From Candidatus Latescibacterota bacterium (GTDB lineage Bacteria > Latescibacterota > UBA2968 > GCA-2709665), in the NCBI GenBank assembly GCA_965203805.1, contig OZ241917.1, positions 1,408,001 through 1,472,000 on the forward strand: a DNA stretch of 64,000 bases, in the 5' to 3' direction. Below are positions 56,807 through 64,000 of this stretch, one piece after another. The notes under the pieces were generated by a model that saw only the letters and a program-made list of their open reading frames with translations, did no database searches and was not told where the DNA came from. Position 1 is the first letter of the stretch. Each line of letters starts with the position of its first letter. Made by a program: the position numbers and the translations under genes.

Positions 56807-57142
56807 CTATAGGTGCGCGTCGGTGAGGATTCGCTCTATGGAATTGACAAGCCGCTGGTTGGGCACGGCGCCGACGAGGCGGTCCACGACGCGGCCATTC
56901 TTGAAGAGCAGCAGGGTCGGCAGGCTTTGAATGCCGTAACGGACCGCCGATGAATGCGAGGTATCGAAGTCCATCTTACCGACTTTCAGACGCCCGGCGT
57001 ATTCGACCGCCAGGGCCTTCACAGTCGGATCGATAAGCCGGCATGGTCCGCACCAGTTCGCGCCGACGTCGACGAGGACGGGCCGGTCTGAGGAAATGAC
57101 CTCCGTTTCGAAGGTCGCGTCGGTGAACGTAGCAGGTGTCAT
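56807..57142 (-). CDS. trxA: Thioredoxin
   Basis: WCGPC, YGIQSLPT; GAGGAGG RBS. Confidence 0.9.
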   Translation of the reverse strand: MTPATFTDATFETEVISSDRPVLVDVGANWCGPCRLIDPTVKALAVEYAGRLKVGKMDFDTSHSSAVRYGIQSLPTLLLFKNGRVVDRLVGAVPNQRLVNSIERILTDAHL

Positions 57143-57146
57143 GAGT

Positions 57147-57401
57147 TCATCCTCCTCTTTCTGATTGATTGCGTGGCAGATCGAGCCGCGAATAACCCGG
57201 AAAGAAGAAATCAGGTCCGATGGACTGAACCCTCCCAAGGTCACACATGAGACCGATGTGTTCCGCATTGGGCGAAATCCTGCTGGTCTCCCACCGTGCG
57301 ACGGTGGATTGCGGAACATTCAGAATATCTCCCAACGTCTGCTGGGTCATCCCGACGGTTTTTCGAAATTCCCTGATCCTTGACGCGTCGAACGGCATCA
57401 T
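57147..57401 (-). CDS. XRE-family HTH regulator
   Basis: IREFRKTVGMTQQTLGDILNVPQSTVARWE. Confidence 0.8.
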   Translation of the reverse strand: MMPFDASRIREFRKTVGMTQQTLGDILNVPQSTVARWETSRISPNAEHIGLMCDLGRVQSIGPDFFFPGYSRLDLPRNQSERGG

Positions 57402-57606
57402 AAAACCCCTGAATTATATCATGTTTGCTATAAAAATAACAAAAAGAGGTCCGCCTGGCAAGGGTGAAATCACCCACGGCATATCGTCCGGGTTAAAATC
57501 GAAATTTAAGAGGGGGACGTGCGGGCGGGAACTATGCGGTGTCGCGATGATGACGCATCTGCATGGGGGCGTGTCCGCGGGTTCGCCCGGTTCTTTGGCG
57601 CGGATT

Positions 57607-58632
57607 TCAGAAGGCGTTTACAGCCGCTGATCTCAGAGTGTCATAGCACGCGTTCCAGCGGTCCAACTCGGCTCGAACCGTTTCCTCATCTCCCATCGAA
57701 GTCCAGCAGATGACCCCGTGAATGAACATCAGCATCCGCTCGATCGCCAGGGCCGTCGATTCCTCCTCCCGCCAGGCAGGTTTACAGACTTCCCGGTACG
57801 ATTCCAGGAATGCGGCTTCCACGTTCTCGTCCACCAGTCGATATCGCGTCGATTCGCCCCAGGGCGAATCAGAATGCGGAGCCAGGTAATACATCGATAC
57901 ACAAACTTCGAACACCCGCCGACCTCTTGACGCGTGGTTGCAGTCAATGAACCAGAGATTACCCTCGTGATCGATGATCATGTTCTGCGGACTGGTGTCC
58001 AGGTGCAGACCGGTTTCGACCAGGCGCGGACGAAGCCTGTCGATCGCTTCGACGCAGTGCTCTGTATCCTTTGCGTACGTGAGAAACTGATCGTGAAATG
58101 CGCTTCCTCTGGTTGAATCCCGCATCTTCCGGACGTTCGCCTGCAACCTGTCGACAGCCAGATGATTCATGGTGAGACGTTCTTCGTCCGGCAGGTCCCG
58201 ATATCCGACGCCTGCACTGTGAAGACGGGCGATTTCAGCCCCCGTCAGACGAACGTCCGATTCATTCCCTTTCTTCGGCGGCCGTCCGTCGACAAACGGG
58301 AAGACCTCAACTGTCAATCCCGGCTCCGTCGTCAAAAAGGTCTTCCCCTCAAGCGACTGCAACGGAAGGACGGTTCGTACGCCATGTTTCCTCAGGTGCA
58401 TCTGGAATCGATGTACGCGTGAAAGACGACGAGCCAATGACGATGAACCCTCTGAGTCCCGCCCGGGATTGGATATCCGCAAGACGTAGGGCTTCCCCGT
58501 ATTCCGGCACGCGATCCTGACAACATGGGCGATCTTGCCGCTCATGTCGCGATATTGTCCATCCCAGACAAACCCATACTTTCGATAGAGCCAGTCGGGA
58601 TCCGGAAGCGCGTCACTCGGGTTCAACGCCAT
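57607..58632 (-). CDS. Phosphotransferase (APH / type II homoserine kinase-like)
   Basis: YVLR, IARLH, LHLDTSPQN, FID. Confidence 0.75.
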   Translation of the reverse strand: MALNPSDALPDPDWLYRKYGFVWDGQYRDMSGKIAHVVRIACRNTGKPYVLRISNPGRDSEGSSSLARRLSRVHRFQMHLRKHGVRTVLPLQSLEGKTFLTTEPGLTVEVFPFVDGRPPKKGNESDVRLTGAEIARLHSAGVGYRDLPDEERLTMNHLAVDRLQANVRKMRDSTRGSAFHDQFLTYAKDTEHCVEAIDRLRPRLVETGLHLDTSPQNMIIDHEGNLWFIDCNHASRGRRVFEVCVSMYYLAPHSDSPWGESTRYRLVDENVEAAFLESYREVCKPAWREEESTALAIERMLMFIHGVICWTSMGDEETVRAELDRWNACYDTLRSAAVNAF

Positions 58633-58696
58633 ATCACCTTGCCATCACACCAGGGTAATACGCGGAAGAATGGTGGGGTATTTCCGGGACAGGACG

Positions 58697-59509
58697 TCAG
58701 GTCAGCCCGATGCTCCGGATTCGGGCACGGTAGTGACGCTCATATGCCCTTCGCAATCGGGAGAATCCCCACGCTTCTCCTCGTCTCTCGATTGAATCGA
58801 CGACGACCGAGCCGAAGCCGAAGGCCAAAAAGTGGCGAACGTCTGAAACATCAGCCTCGAAGAACCCTGCGTCCCTCAGACGCGAAAACAGTCGATGCGC
58901 CGGCCAGACCGGATTGTGAAGCAGTACGCCGACCAGTATCTCTCTGCTTCCGAGGAACGCCTGTTCGAAATCGATGAATTTGTGGACCATGCCATCCCGC
59001 AGGAACAGATTCCCCGGATTCCAGTCCAGCTTGATCAGCACCTCATCTGAAAGCTCGACTTTCGCGACGTTCTCGCCGAGCACCTTGAAAATCGGCGCGC
59101 AATCGTCGTCATCGGATGCCAGCCGGGATAGACGGTCGTGTAGCGAGGCAAGATTCTCATCCGCCCCCCTGCCCTGGAAATAACGGTCTTTCAGGTCCGC
59201 ACCAGGCGCTGGCACGTCGAACAAATGTGCGATCTCGTCAACGTAACGATCGGTCAGCAGGTCCAGATCGACGCTCGTCAGATCCACGTCGCGCATCAGA
59301 TCGCCGGTCACCCGCTCGATGACGATATATTCGTCCGGACTCGAATCCAACAGGGTCGGTATCAAGGGCGACCCGCCGTAGTGCCGGTAGAATCCGACCT
59401 CACGCCTGAATCTGCCTGCCGGATCGTCGTTCTGATTGTAGGTCTTCCTGATCGAACCGTCAGGCAGGTAGTCGATCCGGCTCTTGCGGCCATGGTATGG
59501 CAGCTTCAT
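58697..59509 (-). CDS. Protein kinase-like / APH-fold phosphotransferase
   Basis: IRKTY, REV.FY, LDWNPGN, FIDFE. Confidence 0.65.
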   Translation of the reverse strand: MKLPYHGRKSRIDYLPDGSIRKTYNQNDDPAGRFRREVGFYRHYGGSPLIPTLLDSSPDEYIVIERVTGDLMRDVDLTSVDLDLLTDRYVDEIAHLFDVPAPGADLKDRYFQGRGADENLASLHDRLSRLASDDDDCAPIFKVLGENVAKVELSDEVLIKLDWNPGNLFLRDGMVHKFIDFEQAFLGSREILVGVLLHNPVWPAHRLFSRLRDAGFFEADVSDVRHFLAFGFGSVVVDSIERRGEAWGFSRLRRAYERHYRARIRSIGLT

Positions 59510-59645
59510 CCCCTGTACTCGCAAGCGTTGTTGCTATTTGAATTTTCGTGTTGACCGAACGACGGGGCGGATGGGCGAGGGCACGTATAGAACCGGGCGG
59601 GGAACAGGATCCTGTGGCGAAGCGGCACTCCCTCGCCTGACTGAC

Positions 59646-60359
59646 TCAGGTGTGTGCGACAGGCTTCATCAGAATGGTCCACAGACCAGCCATTCCGAAG
59701 CGTCCGGATTCCTCAGGTTGGACAACCATGGGCTGGATCTCGAGAATCTCGAAATGGTCTCGAAGAGTGTCCCTCAGCCTGTCTTCGGAGAAACCAATAC
59801 CCGGTGGCATCTTCTTCTCTTCATATACCTCCCGGTCATCAACGGGTCGCCCTGCCGTCGTGTCAAAGCAGGTCATCCCGAGGATCCCACTCGGTTTCAA
59901 CACGGCGCGAATCAGATCGAGGTAGCCTGGCCTCCGATGCGGCTGCAGATGATGAAAAAGGCCCGAGTCGTACGCGATGTCATAGTGGTCGTCAGACAAG
60001 GGTGTGTCAAAGACGGACCCAACGATGAAATTGACATTAACACGCTCCTGTTTTGCGATCAGACGCCCCTGTTCGACCGCGGTCTTCGACAGGTCGATCG
60101 CGTCAACCCGACATCCCGCCTTGGCCATATGGATTGCGTTTCGACCGATACCGCATCCCAGATCGACGGCACGACCGGCCTTGAAGATTCCCTGTTCGAA
60201 GTATCTGACCAGGTTCTCGTCCGGGACGTTCTTTAGAAATGGAGGGGTCCGCTTCCCGTGGGCGTAGAAGCGTTCCCAATCTACCCCGTCAGGTATCGAA
60301 GTATCGACGCGCGCCGCGTCTTTGACAGTTTGGAAGGGCTTTCTCGGGATGTTTGACAT
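59646..60359 (-). CDS. Class I SAM-dependent methyltransferase
   Basis: VDLGCGIGRN, YDSGLFHH. Confidence 0.88.
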   Translation of the reverse strand: MSNIPRKPFQTVKDAARVDTSIPDGVDWERFYAHGKRTPPFLKNVPDENLVRYFEQGIFKAGRAVDLGCGIGRNAIHMAKAGCRVDAIDLSKTAVEQGRLIAKQERVNVNFIVGSVFDTPLSDDHYDIAYDSGLFHHLQPHRRPGYLDLIRAVLKPSGILGMTCFDTTAGRPVDDREVYEEKKMPPGIGFSEDRLRDTLRDHFEILEIQPMVVQPEESGRFGMAGLWTILMKPVAHT

Positions 60360-60573
60360 CTTGTGTAAATGATGGTTCGCGGATTGCCTCTGTCTCCAAT
60401 CCGATGGAAGTTACGACATTTACACGGTCGATTTCGCCGTTGGGTCAGCCTACAACGTAAATTGAGCTCCTTGCATCGAATCAACGGCCCATGGTCTACT
60501 GTCCTGACACCCTCAAGACTGAGATGAGCACAGGGGCTTCGCACGAATTGGCGCATCCGCGGCGTTTTGATGA

Positions 60574-61314
60574 TCAGCGTGATTGCGGCGGGTCGCAATA
60601 ATGCGTCTTTCCGAACTCGACGAAGGATTCCACCTCCCTCTTGAGCAGGTCGACCTCACCCGGCTGTGCCGTCCCGTTGTAGGAAGCGAATGCCGCGGTG
60701 ATCAGCGGCCTCCATTCGGGGTACCGATTGCAGGCCCATGCGCCGCTTGAAAACTTGGACACAACCACGTTTCGCTCCTGAACGCTGAATATAATCCGGC
60801 ACATATTGAGGACACAGTAGTCGGGATATCGCAGGTTCTGCTCGATGAACGTAACCTCTTGGTCGAGAGCGGCCGAGATGTCATCCCACGACGGCGCAGG
60901 GAAGATGTCGTTTGGGGGCGGACCGTAAAGCGTAAAAAAACGCCCGGCCCTGATGTGCGCGCAATGTAACGCCCACGCTTCGTCCCGCAGTTCCGACTGT
61001 AACTGGTGGACCGGCGGGCGCGCATCGCCGGCATCCTCGCGCAGGATGACATAGGCGTCCAGTTCGCCGCCGAGTGGTGGAAAACGCCGCGCAAGATCCC
61101 GATGCAATTGAAGGATAGCGTCTTTGTTCCCGCCATTCATCGGTCCCTCCAGGATCACGTGACAGTCTATGTCCTGAATCGGGCCGGAGTCCGGAAATAC
61201 GGCCGCGCCGTGCATGTAGATCCCATGCAGATTGGCATCGAGGATATTCGCAAGGCCTGCGACAAAGGCCTGGCAGACCTTCCGAACAGACGGTGGCAGT
61301 TGGGCGAATTTCAT
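60574..61314 (-). CDS. Aminoglycoside adenylyltransferase-like (DUF4111) nucleotidyltransferase
   Basis: GIYMHGA..DID, LYGPPP, VLNMCR, VVSK..G.WA. Confidence 0.75.
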   Translation of the reverse strand: MKFAQLPPSVRKVCQAFVAGLANILDANLHGIYMHGAAVFPDSGPIQDIDCHVILEGPMNGGNKDAILQLHRDLARRFPPLGGELDAYVILREDAGDARPPVHQLQSELRDEAWALHCAHIRAGRFFTLYGPPPNDIFPAPSWDDISAALDQEVTFIEQNLRYPDYCVLNMCRIIFSVQERNVVVSKFSSGAWACNRYPEWRPLITAAFASYNGTAQPGEVDLLKREVESFVEFGKTHYCDPPQSR

Positions 61315-61378
61315 GAGGAGGGATGCGTGGCGTTGGTCAGTTGTCGTTGGTCGAACGACGGGCTGCCAATCACCCGGT

Positions 61379-61777
61379 CTAAACGAATACTGAAGGCGAA
61401 ACGCCAAATCGCCTGGACAGAGCACGGACCTGCCGGATGTTCAGCTCTCGTTTTCCGCTCAGGGTCTCCGAAATCACTCCTTGCGAGCCTACCTCCGGCA
61501 AATCGGACTGAGTCAATTCGTGCTCTTCCATGAGAAGTCGAAGTGGATCTGCGCCCTCCAGGCTGGGCATGGAACAGTGTTGTTCTTCCCAGGCGTGGAC
61601 AACGGCCCCCAGCGTATCGAGCAAAGAATAAAGCGGATGTCGCTCATCCGTGCCTACTTCGTCGATCAGGCTGTTGAGCCGCTGCAAGGCCAGGTCGTAT
61701 TCCCGCTCGTTCCGGATCTTGAGTAGCGTGCTCACTTGCGACCATGATCGCTGAAGCTGTGGAGTAATAACGCTCAT
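61379..61777 (-). CDS. HigA-like antitoxin with C-terminal HTH
   Basis: IRNEREYD, LMEEHELTQSDL.EVGSQGVISE.LSGKREL; ATG 61777 overlaps stop of higB remnant. Confidence 0.85.
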   Translation of the reverse strand: MSVITPQLQRSWSQVSTLLKIRNEREYDLALQRLNSLIDEVGTDERHPLYSLLDTLGAVVHAWEEQHCSMPSLEGADPLRLLMEEHELTQSDLPEVGSQGVISETLSGKRELNIRQVRALSRRFGVSPSVFV

Positions 61778-61857
61778 GTCCTCCATCCTACTCGGTCATA
61801 TGCCTGGTGTGTAAGCACATCACGGATGTATACTTTGCCCCGATTGAAGTGAGCGAA
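61774..61857 (-). pseudogene. 3' remnant of HigB-type toxin gene
   Basis: Reads AHFNRGKVYIRDVLTHQAYDRVGWRT*, the typical HigB C-terminus, with ATGA coupling to the antitoxin; 5' portion absent. Confidence 0.8.
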
Positions 61858-61892
61858 CCCCAGGATTGAGCCATTCCCTCAGAATTTAATTA

Positions 61893-62258
61893 TTATGAGT
61901 CAATGGCTTCTCGCGACAAGGTTGACTTGAAAAACCGTTCCTGGAATTCCGTCATCGTGATGATTTGCGCGTCGGAATAGTGCGCACCCTCAGGCACAAC
62001 GACGAGCTTGTCGTCATCGTCGTCTTCTCTTTGAATGACGGCGATGCACCTTCCGCTGAAGGACTCTATCGGTCTATGGACGCCAAGGACATAGGCGTCG
62101 AGGTTGTCGCCGTCAGGCGCCGGGACATCTTGGAGAAATCCGTAGTTGACCGGATAGTCGAACCCCGCCTCAGGATGCCCGGAGCCAATGGGCCGGTCTA
62201 TCGTGACCCGTACCGTCTTTCCGACAAATGTCCTTGCGTCGACGAATTCGGCCGTCAT
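61893..62258 (-). CDS. Inorganic pyrophosphatase-like protein
   Basis: YPVNYG, DGDNLD, DDKL. Confidence 0.85.
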   Translation of the reverse strand: MTAEFVDARTFVGKTVRVTIDRPIGSGHPEAGFDYPVNYGFLQDVPAPDGDNLDAYVLGVHRPIESFSGRCIAVIQREDDDDDKLVVVPEGAHYSDAQIITMTEFQERFFKSTLSREAIDS

Positions 62259-62297
62259 GTCTGACCGGTCTCCAGTACTCTACAAAATCAATCACCG

Positions 62298-62642
62298 TCA
62301 CACAGGGTCGTAGACGCAGGCATCCAGAATGCTCAGCACTTCATTGAGCACAGTCCGCGGCGCACTCGAAACCCGCTCCACCCTCCGGCTGGCGTAATCG
62401 ACTGATTTGATCTGCTCGACCATAATGTAGCCGCTAACAGCCTGTCCTTTCGGGATCGTAACATGAAACGGGATATTTCTGAATGTGCGGGTGATCGGGC
62501 ACACCATAGCGAGCCCGGTATGTCTGTTGAACAACGTATTGCTGATGACCAGAGCGGGACGACGGCCCATTTGCTCGTGTCCGGACTGGGGACTGAAGCT
62601 CAACATGACGAATTCGCCTTTATGGGGAACATATTCTGACAT
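62298..62642 (-). CDS. mazF: MazF/PemK endoribonuclease toxin
   Basis: PQSGHEQMGRRPALVIS, CPIT. Confidence 0.92.
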   Translation of the reverse strand: MSEYVPHKGEFVMLSFSPQSGHEQMGRRPALVISNTLFNRHTGLAMVCPITRTFRNIPFHVTIPKGQAVSGYIMVEQIKSVDYASRRVERVSSAPRTVLNEVLSILDACVYDPV

Positions 62643-62891
62643 CTACCACACTTCTTTCCCCGTGGGCTCTCCCCAGCCCAATTCTTCGATCTGATAGTCC
62701 GAAGGCATTCTGGAAATCAGTTCGTTCAGATCGTACTTCCCCCGCACTCTGGAAAAGGGTTCGACGATAATCTGACCGTCTCTCACGGAGACGTTGACCT
62801 GATCGCCGACATTGATTCGGGCTTCCGCCATAATTGATTTGGAAAAACGAAGCCCCTGGCTGTTGCCCCATTTTTGTACTCTGGTCACCAT
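62643..62891 (-). CDS. mazE: MazE/AbrB antitoxin
   Basis: VQKWGNSQGLR, WGEPTGKEVW. Confidence 0.92.
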   Translation of the reverse strand: MVTRVQKWGNSQGLRFSKSIMAEARINVGDQVNVSVRDGQIIVEPFSRVRGKYDLNELISRMPSDYQIEELGWGEPTGKEVW

Positions 62892-62924
62892 CGGCTGTCT
62901 CCTCGAAATCATAAAGTCAGTGAA

Positions 62925-62963
62925 GTATATACGAAGTATATACAATGATCAATCAGATTGCAA
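62925..62963 (-). promoter_or_regulatory. mazEF promoter with overlapping operator
   Basis: TTGCAA-17 bp-TATACT; GTATATAC-GAA-GTATATAC (62925-62943) covers the -10. Confidence 0.75.
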
Positions 62964-63455
62964 GCGGATTCGCAGACACCGGGTCGACGCTTTATTCGGT
63001 ATGGATCGCCTCCACCCTGTCAATCTTACCATTTGAACGTGGGTAGCGTCTTCATCGACGATCGAAAACCCCAGCCTTCGGTAGAACGCGATACCGCGGG
63101 TGTTGATCTTGAGTACCTGAAGGGTTACGGCCTTTTTCTGTGCGCGCGCATCCGCGACAATGCGGTTCATGCACGCCGACCCGAGCCCTTTTCCCTGGTA
63201 CTCGGGAAGGACGAACATCTGATGGATTCTGACCGAATCGGCTGTGGCGGAGGTGGAAAAGTAACCGATGTCATTCGCTTGAAACCGGATGATTCGGACA
63301 TCCTGTGAAGCAATTCGCGCATCGTGCAATTCCCGCTGGCGGATATGATCCCAGCCCCAGACCTGATCGACGTACCTCCTGAACGCCGCCTCTTTCACGG
63401 CAAAGACAAAGTCGCTGTCAGACTCGCGCGCCGTGCGAATGTTCAGTCCATCCAT
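62949..63455 (-). CDS. GNAT N-acetyltransferase
   Basis: VLPEYQGKGLG, N..GIAFYRRLGF. Confidence 0.88.
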   Translation of the reverse strand: MDGLNIRTARESDSDFVFAVKEAAFRRYVDQVWGWDHIRQRELHDARIASQDVRIIRFQANDIGYFSTSATADSVRIHQMFVLPEYQGKGLGSACMNRIVADARAQKKAVTLQVLKINTRGIAFYRRLGFSIVDEDATHVQMVRLTGWRRSIPNKASTRCLRIRLQSD

Positions 63456-63509
63456 GGCGAGACATATACTTAACAGCCGAGTGCTGTGGGGATTTTGAAT
63501 GGGAAACCA

Positions 63510-64000
63510 TTAATGTCGGTGCGTTACGTGCTTTTTTAGAATATTGACTATTTTTCTTACTTCCTTCTCCGAAAGCTCTTCCCTTCTATTTTCAATGAAA
63601 TAATTGATTTTATGTAAATTAGTGACGTACACGTATTTGTAATCCGGATCATATTTCATCTCTCCTCGAACGGATAACAATACACTAGAAACTCGCGGAT
63701 AGTTGCTCTTAAACCATCCCCATTTGGACTTTAGGACTATCCACAAAACTCGTCCCGCCCTACCCACTTGCTCGTGGGGACTCATTCCTGTTTGTAGATT
63801 GTAATATCGCGTGCTCCAGTTCTTCGCTTCGATTACGACAGTCCCCTTTCTTGATACCACCACAAAGTCCATTTGGGCTGTTCTGAGATTTCTAATTCCA
63901 TTGTATGTAACGTAGCGAGGAAGAGAGGCATTTAATCCGCACAACACGTAATAGTTATCGCTCAGGTGCGACAATTGTTCTAGGGTCCGAATCTCTCCCT
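63510..64000 (-). CDS. NERD nuclease-related domain protein (5' end outside window)
   Basis: GE..., QMDFVVVS..G.VVIEAKNW, SPHEQ; frame open to window edge; AT-rich. Confidence 0.8.
   Translation of the reverse strand, partial: GEIRTLEQLSHLSDNYYVLCGLNASLPRYVTYNGIRNLRTAQMDFVVVSRKGTVVIEAKNWSTRYYNLQTGMSPHEQVGRAGRVLWIVLKSKWGWFKSNYPRVSSVLLSVRGEMKYDPDYKYVYVTNLHKINYFIENRREELSEKEVRKIVNILKKHVTHRH

Noticed and set aside
43975-64000. Integron cassette array
   Set aside because: No repeated RYYYAAC..GTTRRRY attC sites found, many genes abut or overlap, no intI in window

Overview
GC-rich bacterial chromosomal window with no rRNA, tRNA or CRISPR array. The repeated PhyH dioxygenases, sulfatase and GH172 suggest an environmental heterotroph (inference). 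1-11.7 kb is metabolic/housekeeping: an N-methylglutamate pathway operon (mgsABC/glxBCD plus the start of a SoxB/MgdA-like gene cut by the left edge), anaerobic sulfatase maturase, PhyH, GT4, rhamnulokinase and an EndoQ(PHP)-UvrD fusion. 11.8-14.0 kb holds a purine-rich repeat patch and three tandem paralogous membrane-anchored double zinc-ribbon proteins of unknown family. 14.3-30.7 kb is a defence island with a SNF2-DUF3883 helicase (frameshifted) / DUF1156 methyltransferase / DUF499 ATPase core. Two extra effectors are nested inside it (a 1369-aa nuclease-STAND NTPase-helical protein and an ABC-ATPase-TOPRIM protein), followed by MNT-HEPN. 30.7-44 kb has catabolic and envelope genes. 44-64 kb is a long co-oriented run of small modification enzymes and toxin-antitoxin loci (four have lost the toxin), plus an intact IS630. 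The most striking non-coding feature is an exactly 14-bp-phased array of ten AAYR-N5-YRTT palindromes (48110-48248) overlapping the promoter of an orphan higA. All calls are from motif recognition by eye; no database searches were run.
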